Assembly: GCA_964016885.1 (NCBI GenBank)
Contig: OZ024741.1
Span: 73,532,001 to 73,596,000, forward strand
DNA from: Eledone cirrhosa
Taxonomy: Eukaryota
Length of the DNA stretch: 64,000 nucleotides
Direction: 5' to 3'
Numbering within the stretch: the first letter of the stretch is position 1; every line of letters starts with the position of its first letter. Positions 29,535 through 42,750 of the stretch are shown one piece after another. A program made the position numbers and the translations under genes. The notes below the pieces were generated by a model that saw nothing but the letters and a program-made list of their open reading frames with translations, was not told the DNA's origin and made no database searches.

Positions 29535-30128
29535 TTCTTATTGCTCTCCTTGCTCTCCTTTTCTCGTTGCTCTTCTTGTTCTCCTTTTCTCGTTGCTTTC
29601 CTTGCTCGCCTTCTCTCCTTGCTCTCCTTTTCGCCTTCCTCTCCTTGCTCTTCTTTTCTCATTGCTCTCCTTGCTCTCCTTTTGTCTGTTATCTCCTTGC
29701 TCTGCTTGCTCTCCTTTTCTCATTGCTCTACTTGCTCTCCTTTTCTCATTGTTATCCTTGCTCTCCTTGCTCTTATTTTATCCTTGCTCTCCTTTTCTCA
29801 TTGTTCTTCTTTTCTCTTTGCTCTGCTTGCTTTCTTTTTCTCATTGCCCTCCTTTTCTCCTTGTTCCCCGGTTCTCCTTGCTCTCCTTGCTCTCCTATTA
29901 TCATTGCTCTACTTGCTCTCCTTTTCTCATTGTTCTTTTTGTTCTCCTTTTCTCATTGCTCTCCTTGCCCTCCTTTTATCCTTTCATTCCTTTTCTCATT
30001 GCTCTCCTTTTCTCTTTGCTCTGCTTGCTTTCTTTTCTCATTGCCCTCCTTTTATTCTTGTTCTCCTTTTCTCCTTGCTTTCCTTGCTCTCCTTGCTCTC
30101 CTTTTCTCCTTGCTCTCCCTTTCTCTTT
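29535..30128. repeat. Pyrimidine-rich minisatellite (TTGCTCTCC / TTTTCTC units)
   Basis: Degenerate repeats of about 9-18 bp; ORFs in all frames are low complexity. Confidence 0.9.
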
Positions 30129-30245
30129 GTATCTATGTACTTGTTTATATACAAATACAATAACAAAAAGGTGAGCCAGGAGAAATATGAAAACAAGGAT
30201 GGTAAGGAGAGTATATATATACATATATATATATATGTATATATG

Positions 30246-30860
30246 TCGTTTTGGAAGCCTCAACAATGCAGATGGGGAATTCTCCGGGTAACAGGATCCG
30301 GTGGTGAAGAGAGAGATGTAAGGGAATGTAGAATGAGATGTATAGTGTGTAGAGGAACGTAGGAAAGAGCGTAAAAAATAAAATTAAAATAATAACACGA
30401 GATAGAGTTACTTGGGAGAGATTTAATTGTCCCTATATTTCGGATTCGCATCCATCAACTGGGTGATTTTCCGGGGGGGGGGAGAGGTTATCTGTCGGAG
30501 AGGAACGGAAAACCCCCAGTTGATGGATGCGAATCCGAAATATAGGGAAAATTAAATCTCTCCCAAGGTAACTCTATCTCGTGTTATTATTTTAATTTTA
30601 TTTTTTACGCTCTTTCCTACGTTCCTCTACACACTATACATCTTATTCTACATTCCATTATATCTTTCTCTTCACCACCGGATCCTGTTAGCCGGAGAAT
30701 TACCCATCTGCATTGTTGAGGCTTCCAAAACGACCACAAGAAAATAAATCTTATTATTCCACAATGCTTCAAGCAAACTTCAATACTCTCATATGTATAT
30801 ATATGTATCAATACCGAGTACTCATTTCTCTTAGCTGTCAACCACAGACGGATATATGTA
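30246..30860. repeat. Long inverted repeat (arms about 225 bp, 30246-30733) plus unpaired 3' tail; probable PLE inverted pseudo-LTR
   Basis: GTCGTTTTGGAAGCCTCAAC... versus ...GTTGAGGCTTCCAAAACGAC; spacer about 30470-30512; tail with AATAAA and TACTC..GAGTA (30784-30820). Confidence 0.85.
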
Positions 30861-30861
30861 T

Positions 30862-31120
30862 ATTAGGATGGCCCTTAGCAATAGGTAATTTTCCGAAAGT
30901 GAAAATTGTGCTGCTCCCACAGCGAAAAATAGGTGTTTGCCCTATACCTGCGCTCTGTTCCGAGAGGGCGAAAACTTCAAAATTTCGCGGTCGATGAGGG
31001 TCGCCTTGCAATTGCCCGCTTGAGCCAAAATTTTGCAAAGATGGGTTTTTTGTTACTTGAAACAAGATAGGGGCTGGAAGCTAAACTTTTAGGAAGTTGA
31101 AAAATAAAGGCCACCCTAAT
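30862..31120. mobile_element. MITE with 16-bp terminal inverted repeats
   Basis: ATTAGGATGGCCCTTA ... TAAAGGCCACCCTAAT in a TA-rich context. Confidence 0.65.
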
Positions 31121-31234
31121 ATATATATTATTTCCAAGAGATGTCAACATGAATGGACCTGTTATTTTTATCTAAAGACACGTTTTCCAATTCCAACCCA
31201 CCCGTCCCTTCAATCTATCTTATTTCTCATTCTT

Positions 31235-31270
31235 TCTTCTGATGAAGGACTAGCGTCCGAAATGTCAAGA
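31235..31270 (+). ncRNA. Minimal hammerhead ribozyme (uninterrupted paralogue of the 24400-24800 repeat)
   Basis: TCTT-CTGATGA-A-GGAC-TAGC-GTCC-GAAA-T-GTC-AAGA. Confidence 0.78.
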
Positions 31271-31353
31271 CCCTCTTCCTGCTATTTTAAGCATTAACCT
31301 AATATATTCCTTTCATATACTGTACCGATTGTGTTGTTATTTCTGTTTACTTT

Positions 31354-31426
<73 letters not shown>

Positions 31427-31568
31427 ATACTTTGGGAGGGTCATGTTGCTAATAAGAAACACACGCACCAGTTGCTTTCACTTCAATTTATTATAATAAA
31501 TTTATAAATTTAGGAATTTATAAATTTCCAGTTGGTTGGTTCCACAACCAGATGGTTGTTTATATATT

Positions 31569-31611
31569 GTCAAAGTTCTTTCGTCACACATTATGTGACC
31601 TCTTCAGTGAC
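31569..31611 (-). ncRNA. Minimal hammerhead ribozyme (left arm)
   Basis: Minus strand GTCA-CTGAAGA-G-GTCACA-TAATG-TGTGAC-GAAA-GAACTT-TGAC. Confidence 0.75.
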
Positions 31612-31734
31612 TAGGGATTCTTTTCTTTGTCTTTGTGCCTCTCCTTTGTTCTGTCCTACGCCATCTTGTTTCAGAAACAAGATGGCGTAGGACAGAACAA
31701 AAGAGAGGTACAAAAACAAAGAAAAGAATCCCTA

Positions 31735-31777
31735 GTCACTGAAGAGGTCACAGAATGTGTGACGAAAGAACTTTGAC
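31735..31777 (+). ncRNA. Minimal hammerhead ribozyme (right arm)
   Basis: GTCA-CTGAAGA-G-GTCACA-GAATG-TGTGAC-GAAA-GAACTT-TGAC; differs from the left copy only in loop II. Confidence 0.75.
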
Positions 31778-32178
31778 GATATATAAACAACCATCTGGTT
31801 GTGGAACCAACCAACCAACCGGAAATTCATAAATTCATAAATTTATAAATTTATTATAATAAATTGAAGTGAAAGCAACTGGTGCGTGTGTTTCTTATTG
31901 GCAACATGACACTCCCAAAGTATAACAATATCGGTTTCAACACACGTTTTCAGATAAAGAATCTTGCTAAACAAATTCAGAAACGATATATATATATATA
32001 TATATATATCAAAGGTATATATTGAGTTAGAAACTCAAAAGAGTCTCTTACAAGAAACCTGGCTGCTATTTTTAGTGGGTTAAGTTTGTGAGACACGCTA
32101 AGAGACCATGTGCGTTATTATATATAGCACACTATTCAGTGTCTTAATATACTTAGAAGTGACTAGGATACTAATTCT

Positions 32179-32256
32179 TCACCCACTGATGAGCAAGAAT
32201 TGGTATTTCTATTCACAATTAATATTGCGAAACAGCACCAAGAGTTGTCTGGGTGA
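32179..32256 (+). ncRNA. Type I hammerhead ribozyme with three complete stems
   Basis: Stem I TCACCCA/TGGGTGA (7 bp); CTGATGA 32186-92; stem II GCAA-G-AATTG..CAATT-AATA-TTGC; GAAA 32229-32; stem III ACAGC-ACCAAGA-GTTGT; GTC cleavage after 32249. Confidence 0.92.
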
Positions 32257-32479
32257 TTGGTAGTTACCACAATTCCGGTTTCTATTTATTTTCTTGATTT
32301 ATTCTTAAATTGAGACAGGCAAACCATATTGTCTATAGTTAGTATTCTTTTCACCTTATCGAATCTGGTCCCTTGCGATTTGAACACATATGTATATATC
32401 TGTGTTCGTTTTTTTTTATATTCAATTATATTATATATATATATATATAAAGGCTGTCTTAAGCCAGAAGGCTCATTTG

Positions 32480-32705
32480 ACCGGTGCTTATACCGGTTTC
32501 ATGGCATGAAGTGACTGAGAGTACAAGACTCTCCCCTGGACAGGACGCAATCTATTGCAGTGTTAAAGCCCCAGCTATTGCTGGTACTCATTTTCAGCTG
32601 AGTATACTGGAGCAACGGGAAATGAAGTGTTTTGCTCAAGAACACAAAACGCAACCCAGGAATCGAACCCAAGATATGATCTTACAAATAGGCCACGTGC
32701 CTCAA
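32480..32705 (-). mobile_element. tRNA-derived SINE of a second family (Deu/Nin-domain-like); a further head fragment at about 33340-33450
   Basis: Minus-strand B box GGTTCGATTCC; recognisable GCTGGTACTCATTT...AAGTGTTTTGCTCAAGAACACAA segment on +. Domain name is from recall. Confidence 0.65.
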
Positions 32706-32854
32706 CTGATGCAAAGTAAACAATAAGAAAAAATATATATATATATATATATTATATTATATTATATTATATTACATTATCATTCGTCTAATTGCCTTTA
32801 TCTGTGTAGTAATGAGCGTTCACATATTAAAGGATATGCTTATTTTTTGTAAAG

Positions 32855-32970
<116 letters not shown>

Positions 32971-33467
32971 GGACAGTGGAAGCATTTCTGAATTGGGGTG
33001 GGGGGAATTTGGACAAGTTAGTTGCACTCTAAAATGGTAAAAAAAAACTTCGATATGCGATAAACATAACATGTATATAAATTGTAGCGCATATCCAAGT
33101 AGATGTGTTATTTTGGGTAGTTTGGGGAGAAAATATAACCATTGGAGGGGAGACATGCCTCCATCCCAGTTCCACCGGCACTGTATATATATATAATTAA
33201 AAACAAATTATGCTCAGTGTCCTTTCCTAAGGGGTTAGTATATCGAGCTTCTTTACATATCTCCTATCGACAGCTGATCGGTGTTCGTCAAATCGGACCG
33301 AGGTCTTTCCAATTGCTTCAACTGAAATATTCCCACAAGCAACGTGAAATAAAGTCTCTTGCTCAAGGACATAACCCATAGCCCGATCCAGGAATCGAAC
33401 TCACAATCTCACGATTGCGAATCCAATTCTTTAACCACCCAGCCGCGTGCCTCTGCTCATATATATA

Positions 33468-33768
33468 CAGGGGTTGGACAAAATAATGGAAACACCTAGC
33501 ATCATAGCATCATAATTTTGAAATATCTATAAAACCGCCAAAAGCTTGTTTATTTTTATTGTTCTCGAGGTGGTCATTAAGCTCTGCAGTAATTTTGGGA
33601 GCTGTACTTGATATCTGAAAAGAAACAGCAATTTTAACAAAACATATTAAGCAACACTAATAATAAATCAAAAAACATAAAAATAAACAAGCTTTTGACG
33701 GTTTTATACATATTTCAAAATTATGATGCTATGATGCTAGGTGTTTCCATTATTTTGTCCAACCCCTG
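33468..33768. mobile_element. Tc1/mariner-type MITE with long TIRs
   Basis: TA-CAGGGGTTGGACAAAATAATGGAAACACC ... GGTGTTTCCATTATTTTGTCCAACCCCTG-TA; TIRs about 90 bp. Confidence 0.9.
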
Positions 33769-33774
33769 TATATA

Positions 33775-34623
33775 CAGGGTGCCCCTGAAGTCTCTTTTTA
33801 ATTTGAAAAATATATAACAAAGGCAATTGATGAGATATCTTAATCAGATTTGTTCTATGATCTCAATAGTTACCAAAGTTTTTAATCAAACTAGATTTGT
33901 GCATTTCTGGTATTCTGTTGATGAAGGAGGTACTGTTAAATGAACCCCTAAAAATGGCTACTCCTCAAGAAAAGGCACAACGTGTCATGGTTTATTGAAA
34001 CAAAATCAGATACGCAGACTCAGCGAAACTACAGAACTACGTATGGAAGGGATCCACCGTGTACTGTGGGATTATGTGCAATCGAATCATTGTTCTATTT
34101 TTCTTCAACGAGACATCAATTACTACAAATATTTACTTTGATCTTTTGACTGAATATGTGGCACCATAACCAGATGACCTTCAACCAACAATCATTTTCC
34201 AGCAAGATGCTGCACCACCACATTGGGGACTGCATGTTCGTGGGTTCCTAAATCAAACATTTCCAGACTGGTGGATTGGAAGAGATGGCCCAATTCTCTG
34301 ACCACCTAGTTCATTATAGACTTCTTTATGTTAAAGATATCGTGTATCGAACAAAGATACAAGACATCACTGATCTAAAGCAAAAGATCACCGATGCCAT
34401 TGACACCATTGATGAGGTAATGCCACAGCAAACATGGCAAGAAATCAAGTACCGTCTTGATCTGCTTCGTGCAACTAATTGTGTCCATATAGAGGTGTAT
34501 TAAATTAGTTTTAAAAAACTTCAATATCTACTCCTCATTTTGTAACAATTTTCACATATTTGTCTTTTTATTTGTTTTTGTAATAATTTTTTTAAATTGT
34601 AAAGAGACTTTATGGACACCCTG
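33775..34623 (+). mobile_element. Internally deleted Tc1/mariner-superfamily transposon (DUF4817-like N-terminus)
   Basis: TIRs CAGGGTGCCCCTGAAGTCTCTTT / AAAGAGACTTTATGGACACCCTG; decayed transposase MATPQEKAQ.., IIFQQDAAPPHWGLHVRGFLNQTFPDWWIGRDGPI, YVKDIVYRTK..DLKQKI. Confidence 0.88.
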
Positions 34624-34624
34624 A

Positions 34625-34661
<37 letters not shown>

Positions 34662-34815
34662 CTCTTTTACTCTTTTACATGTTCCAACCATCGGGTTGAG
34701 GCCATACTCGGTCACCGCCCTTGTTGCTACACATTCTATCCCCGGTCTGTGTTGGCTGGCCATTGGTGTAAGAGAGAGAGAGTTGTTGCTGCCCTTAGGT
34801 TACCTTCGTACCTTG

Positions 34816-34849
<34 letters not shown>

Positions 34850-35034
34850 TTCTTATGGCTTTGTTTCTAAGGTTTGACCTGCACACTCACAGAATCACCG
34901 GTCTTGTCCGGTGAGTACACAAGTAAGACTCCAGAGTAAGAAGGCTTAGCCATAATAAATGAATATTTAAACTCTACTTCGGTATTGAGTTTTCATTCTT
35001 ACGTCCGTCAATAATTCACGTACTCTCAGGTCTT

Positions 35035-35132
35035 GAAAAACGGGTAAAATTCCCGAGATCCATGGACGAGTCCTCTCCAGCGGTCTCTGTCCGTCATCAT
35101 CGCTGCCATGCCCTGTGTCTCCAGGAGAACTG
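35035..35132 (-). mobile_element. 3' tip of an RTE-like LINE
   Basis: Minus-strand [15 protein letters not shown] resembles the A.DR..WR..V C-terminus of RTE ORFs; short. Confidence 0.45.
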
Positions 35133-35274
<142 letters not shown>

Positions 35275-35286
35275 ATCTGAACATTT

Positions 35287-35546
<260 letters not shown>

Positions 35547-35939
35547 GCATGTTGATGCCCCAAGGACAGACACAGGTCTTCAAGAGACGCAGGACATGGC
35601 GGTTACTTATACACCTATACATATCCATGTAATTAATTATGTTCAGAAAGGAAAAATATTTTCTAAAAAGCAGCAAAAGTAAAAATACCAAACTTGTAAA
35701 ACGTGACATTTTTATTAATTATTTGTACTTAATGACTTTTACTTTAAAATTAGTCCAATAGAAATACATTTATTGTTTTCACTGTTTGGGAAAGACGGCT
35801 TGTTAGCTGAGCGATGGGAAAGTGGAGTTGACAGTCTTGTGGGAATATATATTGGCTGCTTGGTGGGAAGATGTTGTTGGACAAGTGGTGGAAATATTGT
35901 GTGCGTCATGTGTTTGCAAGTTGATGTGTAGGTTGTATG

Positions 35940-36200
35940 ATGGGAATTGGTGTGGTGGGGGGGCTGGTTTGGTGGGAAACTGGTGTGGTGGGAATCCGGT
36001 GTGGTGGGAATCTGGTATGGTGGAAAACTGGTGTGGTGGGAAACTGGTGTGGTGGGAAGCTGGTGTGGTGGGAATCTGGTATGGTGGGAAAGTGGTTTGG
36101 TGGGAAGCTGCTGTGGTGGGAATCTAGTTTGGTGGGAAAGTGGTGTGGTGGGAAGCTGGTGTGGTAGGAAGCTGGTGTGGTAGGAATCTGGTGTGGTGAT
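35940..36200. repeat. G-rich minisatellite of about 15 bp (TGGTGTGGTGGGAA(A/T/G)C)
   Basis: About 17 degenerate units visible. Confidence 0.9.
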
Positions 36201-36364
36201 ATGTGGGATGTGTTGACAGTTTGTTATGCCGACATCCATCTTCAAAGTATTCTGTCTGTGGTTTGAGTGATGTTCCCCGATGGTTGTAATTGTTCTGCAT
36301 AATTAGTATTAGCAACAATACTGATTATGGCAGCACTTTAACTGATAATGTTGTTCCTTTTAAT

Positions 36365-37290
36365 GATGATGGTGGTGGTGGTGGTGGTGGTGTTAGTGGT
36401 GGTGGCGGTGTTAGTGGCAGTGGGGGGGGGGGGGGGTAGTGGTGGTGGTGGTGGCGGCGGTGTTAGTGGTGGTGGTGGTGGCGGCGGAGATGGTGGTGAT
36501 GATGGTGATGGTGTTGATATAAGGAGGTAATGGTGATGCAATGGCTGTGGTGGTGGTGGTGATGATGGTAATGATAATGATGAATGATTATAATAATGGA
36601 GATAATGACGATGATGATGGTGGTGGTGGTGGTGGTGGTGGTGATAACATTAATGAGGATGATGATGATGATAATGATGATGATGATGATGATGATGGTG
36701 ATGATGATGTTGGTGATAATGGTAATGATGATGATGATGATGATGATAATGATGATGATAATGATGATGGTGATAATGGTAATGATGATGATGATGATAA
36801 TGATGATGATGATGATGATGAGGAGGAGGAGGAGGAGGAGGAGGATAATGATGATGATGATGAGGAAGAGGGGTAGGAGGAGGTGGATAATGAGGATGAT
36901 GATGATGATGGTGATGGTTAGAAAGAAGGTGAACGAGAAGGGGGGAGATGGAGATGCAAGAAACGGACACTGATGGAAGTGAAATAATTACGTTTGTTGA
37001 GCTGAGAGTGATTATGGTAATTTAATCTTATTGGTGCATATATGGTGGGGGGTTGTGGTGGGGGGTTGTGGTGGTGGGGTTGTGGTGGGGGGAAATGGTT
37101 GCTGTGGTAGTGGGGTGGGGGTTGTGGTGGTGGGTGTGTGCTATGGGGGGATTACTTGTGGTTGTGGTGGGGACTGCTGTGGTGACGGGGGGGGGTCGCC
37201 GTCGTCGTCGTGATACCGGCATTGCATATAGTGGCCATGGTAGCAGTAGCGGTGGTGGTGCGGGTCATGGTGATTAGTGACGGTGGTGGT
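36365..37290. repeat. (GGT)n/(GAT)n/(GAG)n low-complexity tract
   Basis: Directly visible; gives homopolymer ORFs in all frames. Confidence 0.9.
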
Positions 37291-37432
37291 GTAAAATTAG
37301 TGCTTGTAGTAGAGAAACAATAGTGATGTGCAAATAAATTAAATAAGCAAGAGATTGGAAAGAGTGAGAATTTGAAGATACAGAGAGAGAGAAGAATGGG
37401 GGAGGTGAAGTTCATAGTTAAATGGATAGATA

Positions 37433-37728
37433 TGTTTCTTTATTAGCCGCAGGGGCACAAAAGAAGGGGACAATACAAAGGGGGAAGTTTACATACAATA
37501 AAAACATATAAAATATTATCACAAATGCAATTTAAAAATTAATCGATTTTCCTCAATAGGGGGAGACATTACATATGGGTAACACATACCCCCGAAAAAA
37601 TGGGCAACCCTCATCTCCAGGAGTACGAAGAGTGATACCCCTTTCCGCTCTTCCTCTTTTTCCTCAACTTACAGGCTGATATGGAGAGAAGGCCCATTCA
37701 CTCGGGCCATTCTCGCCACTTTCACCAT
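37433..37728 (-). mobile_element. Short 5'-truncated Tx1/L1-type LINE 3' end
   Basis: Homologous to the 3' ends at 37830 and 41841 (VKVARMARVNGPSLHISL stop, then UTR); flanked by GATA-type repeats. Confidence 0.85.
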
Positions 37729-37829
37729 GTAGGTAGATCAACAGATACATAGATATATAGACAGACAGACAGACAGATAGATAGATAGATGGATAGATAG
37801 ATAGATAGATAAATAGATAAATAGATAGA

Positions 37830-40800
37830 TTTCTGTATTTGCACAAGGGCGCACAAGAAAAGGGGACAATACAAAGACACATGCCGGCGATTTTACATAC
37901 AGTCGTGTAAAAATATTGAAACAAACAATTATAACAATCAAATCCCCAATAGGCGCCACAAATAGGTTGTTTAATACCCCGTCGATAGAACAACCCTCAA
38001 CTTCAGGAGCATGTTGTGCAAGTGCTCCTTTCTTCCTTTTACTTTCTTCTTCAACCTACAGGTTTATATACAGAGAAGGCCCAATCACTCGGGCCATTTT
38101 TGCCACATTCACCCACCTTTCAGTAAATTTACTGGGGTGCAGTACCTCTCTCTCCAGTCTGATTCTCCTTCTAAGGTGGTATCTAAAGAAGGGAATGAGT
38201 TGTTGTCCGGAGAGAAAGGCATCTGTCCTCAGTCCTCTCAATCTCGTCCACTATATAATCTCTTTCACCATAGCCACTATACAGAGGAAAACCGCCTCTC
38301 TTTCGTTTTTGAAAGAAGTTAGTGGTTTGATCCTTACTATGGACTCGGCAGTCAACTGGATTTATCCCATACGCAACAGCAGTTGTTCCTTTTACAATTG
38401 CGTGCAGGACGGTTTCAATGTCCTGCGCGCATCTTGGACACGTCCTCTTGGAAGGATCCCTGCCGGGGCGTCCGTGCCTGTAGATCTTGTCACGAACTGG
38501 TAGAGCTCCTCGGTAGCACTGCCAGGCCAGGGACTTCTGGAAATTGTCCATGGGTCCCGGGCGGAAAGTCCTACCAAACAGACTGGTGAGTTCGTCGTCT
38601 TCGACGCCTAGAGTCTGTCCGAGCACGTCGTTGCCCTTGTGACGTACTAACCCTCTATAGAATGTCGTAGTGGAGTCTCCACTGATTGCCGTGCCCGCTT
38701 GACAGAGGACTGTGAGCGCCTGAGCGCATTCAATGTGTCAGGCGCCCATCTTCTTCTGTCTTCGCTTGACCCAGGACTGCAGCTCCGTCAGCGAGACAAG
38801 TTGCGGGAAGGCCTGTCTTACAAACGGTGCCCACACAGCATTCCCAGCCCTCCGTTGGAAGGGTGCTGACAGCAGACGGATCTCCTCACCAGCGAAGCTG
38901 CTACTTCCAAAGGAACTGGAAGAGCATGCGTTCCATCTTGGTGAGGTGTTCACGGGGACAAGGCACGACGGTCAAGTGGTAGTAGATGACGGACGCTATG
39001 AAATGTGTTCGCCACCTCCGCTCGACCTTTCAAGGATAGTTTGCACTCTGACCATTTCTGGGTGAGCGCAAATATCTTGGCCGTGATCTTGTTCCAGTTT
39101 TTTCTCCACGTGGAGGTCTGGGCCGAACCAGACCCCGAGCAATTTCACCGGTGCGTCCGTCCAGCGTCCGACGACGCTGTCGGACGGCATCGGTTTGCCT
39201 CCCCACGTTCCGAGTTGCAAACCGACAGACATGTCCGGGTTCAGTTTTGCTCCTGTGAGCCTTTCGTATTCCTGCAGTAAGTTGCCGATCGCACCGATTT
39301 CGGAGGCTTCCGACACCATTACCGTCACGCTGTCGGCATAAGCCGACGCCGCTTTCCGCAGTCCCAGTTCCAACGGAATGCCCTGCAGCAGCTCCAGCTT
39401 CCGCAGTAGTGGCTCTAGAGTCAGTTCGTACAGAATGGAGGAGAGAAGGCATCCCTGTCGGATGGAACGCGAGATTGCGAACGGCTCCGATAGGTAGCCG
39501 TTCACCTTGACCATCGAGCAGATGTTGGTGTGCATTGCGGCGATCCAGCCTCTGAAGACGGGTCCGAAACCGGCCGCCTTGAGAACCGCTTCCAAGTATT
39601 AGTGGTCGACCCTATCGAACGCCTTAGGCTGATCTAAATTGATCAGAGCCCCACCGAAGCCGGGTTTACACCCCCACCCTCTCTATGATGTATCGCATGA
39701 GGTGGAGGTTGTCGTGTATGGACCTGGTCGGGATTTCACACGTTTGCGCTTTCCCTACCAGGTTCTCAACGAAAATCTTTAACTCTGTGTTGAGCAGGGT
39801 TATGGGCCTAAAGTTGCTTAGTTCGTCCCCCTTGTTACCGCCTTTTCTGATCAGCGTTACTACGGCTCTGCCTGCAGAACTGGGAATTCTGCCGTTCTGC
39901 TGCCAGTTGCAGTAGACGGCCTCGAGGACGCCAGAGAACAAGTCCGTCATGCCTATGTAAAACTCATAGGGTAGACCATCTAGACCGGGTGATTTGCGTT
40001 TCTCGCAGCGGCTCAGAGCGTCCCGTATCTCTGTGGCTGTGATCGGTCTTTCGCAGAACTCGGCGTCCATGCTCGAGAGATGCGGCGTCCATTTCCCCGT
40101 TCGACGCACCGCTACTCTGCTCGAACAGTTGCGCAAAGTGCCGCTGAAAGGCCGCGCACATCCGCTTGGGGTCAAGTAGCACGCGTCCGTTTTGGTCTTT
40201 CAAAGACCGAATCGTGGACTTGTTGCCACTTTTCGCCTCTGCCACTCGGGCCCAGCTAACAGCTTTCTCTCCCTCGTTTCCTAGGGCACGTGATTTACTT
40301 CTGACCACGCAGCCTTCGTCTTTCGCGTCGAAGAACTGGTCCAGTGCCGTTCTCGTTGCTAGCACTCTAGCTACGTTGTCACTCCTAAGCGCCTCCTTTA
40401 CCTTGGCTACTAGTTCCGTTTCTGTTTTGTTTCTCTCTAAGGCTAACTCTCTGCTAAAGTCTATCGACTCTACTCTAATTGCTTTCATGAGGGAGTACCA
40501 CCATCTGTTGTTGACGATGGCTCCCGTCAATTGTTGCTTAACTAATCTACTTATCCGTTCATTGTAGGCTTTACGTATCGGTAGCGACACGTTCAGCTTC
40601 CAGTATCCGGGTCCTTGTCTGTGTATTCTATCACGGTTGACTATACAGGTGACTAGTTTGTGGTCTGAATAGGCAACTATGTGCATTTGTGGACGGCTTA
40701 ACATCTTCTTGTCCTTCTCTCTAATGAAAAACCTATCTCAAACGATCTAGATGTCCCGCTGCGGTTTGCCAACGTCCACTGTGGTGGAGTCGAGAAATCT

Positions 40801-41745
40801 AGTCGATATCTATCGGCCAGTTGGAATTGGCCGAATAGATTTTTGAGGCTGTTGCACCCCCTCTACTGGGACATGCTCCCACATAGTCCCATCGTGCATC
40901 TAGGATACCATTCGTTCCCCACTAAAAGTAAGGAGCGAGACGTTCCCAGAAAAGACTCTAGACGCTTAAAGAAGTCTGGCCGCGATTGTGGTAGCCCGGT
41001 CGAGGCATAAACGGCCACCAGTCTGAAGGCTCCACCTCCAGTACTGTCCACATCTAGGACTATCAGTCTACCCTCCGAGTCCAAGTGTACTTGCTGTACT
41101 TCGATGTCCAGATTCTTCCGAAACATGACAGAGAGATGCGTAGATCTAAAAGTCATTGAAGATGGGGGATAGTTGCTGTCTGTTGGGGATCCTGGACTCG
41201 GTGATTGCTATCACATCCATACCGTGTGACCTAAGGTCGTTTAAAAGTTGGCCCTGTTTCCATGGCATCCCTATATTCCGTTTTTTTTTTATTACAGTCT
41301 GTGCGAATTTTGTTTTTTCGTGTGTAGTTGTGTTAATTGATTCAATTTCTGCATTTTCTGTATTTTTTGGTGTCTGTTGTGGGCTGTTATTTTCATCTTT
41401 TGTTGTGCAAATATCCATTTCTTTACAAAACGGAGTTTTGTTGTTGCTTGTCTCCATATATACTTCTATGGAAGTAGAGGGAGATATAACGCTTATATCT
41501 CCCTCTTTCCCTCTCTTCTCGCTGTCTAGCGTTCTCTGTAAGTCACACATTGTTAAAGTTAGGGAAATTTTAAAACTTCTCAATAATTTTTTTAATTAAA
41601 TTTTCGCCCCACAGGGGCGAAAACTGGGATTACCACTCAGCTGAAAATCCAGCCTGGGTGTTAATCTATCAAACAATATAAATTTTTACACAATAAATTC
41701 TATTTTTGTATAGATAATTTTACAAAAACTTACCAACGATCTATC
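37830..41745 (-). mobile_element. Decayed Tx1/L1-type LINE (ORF1 largely deleted; APE endonuclease, RT, C-terminal Zn finger)
   Basis: DVIAITES, FRLVAVYA, YSDHKLV, GPGYWKLN, KSPGLDGLPYEFY, NFRPITLLN, RQGCLLS, AYADS, LLGVWF, CPRC; many stops and frameshifts. Confidence 0.95.
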
Positions 41746-41758
41746 GCACGTCCGGTCG

Positions 41759-41759
41759 G

Positions 41760-41840
<81 letters not shown>
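41759..41840. repeat. (GATA)n microsatellite between two LINE copies
   Basis: About 20 perfect units. Confidence 0.97.
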
Positions 41841-41842
<2 letters not shown>

Positions 41843-42750
41843 CTTTCTTTTTATTTGCCACCAGGGCATCAAAAGTGGGACAAGTACAAAGGGGGGAGTT
41901 TATATGCAAAGGCGTCCTCAATATGGAGGAGGCAATAACAAGATATAAAAATATAAAAATAAAATAAAATATAACAAAATAAATTTTATAACAAAATCCT
42001 CAATAGAGAGGAGGCGCCTTGGGGGGTCGCACACACCCCCGAAAAAAGTGTGCAACCCTTCTCCTCAGGAGCACAGAGGGGGTGCTCCCTTGGTCTTTCA
42101 TCTTCTTCACCTATAGTCTGATGTAGAGTGAAGGCCCATTCACACGGGCCATTCTCGCCACTTTCACCCATCTTTCATAAAAACGGCTGGGGTGCAACAC
42201 CTCTCTCTCCATCCTGATCCTTCTTCCGAAATGATATCGGAAGAAACGGACCAGTTGTTGGCCAGAGAGAAAGGTGTCTGACCTCAGTCCTTTCAGACGC
42301 GTCCACCATACAACCTCTTTCGCCATGGCTATTACGCACAGAAACACCGCCTCTCCTTCGTTTTTGAAGAGGGGAGGCGGCTTGATCGTTACAATAGACT
42401 CGGTGGTCAACTGGATCGGTCCCACCCTTGACAGCAGTTGTTCGACATAGCCCCACAGATCGGCAATGCCCGAGCAGTGTACCAAAGCGTGTGCAACGGT
42501 TTCCTCGTCGCACACGCATCTGGGACAGATCTTTTTCGAGGGGTCCCTACCCGGGCGCCCGTGTCTGTAGAGCCTTTCTCGAACGGGCAGAGCCCCTCGG
42601 TAGCACTGCCAGGCTAGGGACCTCTGGAAGTTATCCATGGGTCCCGGGCTGAATGTCCTACCGAACAGGTTGTCCAGTTCGTCTTCCTCCATTCCTAGGG
42701 CTTCTCCGAGGGCGTCGTCGCACCTGTTAACCACCAGCCCTCTATAGAAA
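41841..42750 (-). mobile_element. 5'-truncated Tx1/L1-type LINE (ORF2 C-terminus open)
   Basis: 207-aa ORF with AWQCYRGALPVR, CPRCVCDEETVAHALVHC; 3' UTR with AATAAA abutting (TATC)n. Confidence 0.93.

Larger units (their letters stand above)
31421..31929. repeat. Near-perfect palindrome (about 250-bp arms, 1-nt spacer at 31673) carrying a hammerhead in each arm
   Basis: CATCTTGTTTC-A-GAAACAAGATG centre; arms are complementary out to ATTGTTATAC/GTATAACAAT with scattered mismatches. Confidence 0.93.

Noticed and set aside
29519-30362. Multi-pass membrane protein
   Set aside because: Hydrophobicity comes from a pyrimidine minisatellite; all three frames are similarly open.
36541-36973. Asp-rich, Met-rich or His-rich protein
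   Set aside because: (GAT)n tract open in several frames on both strands; no supporting gene structure.
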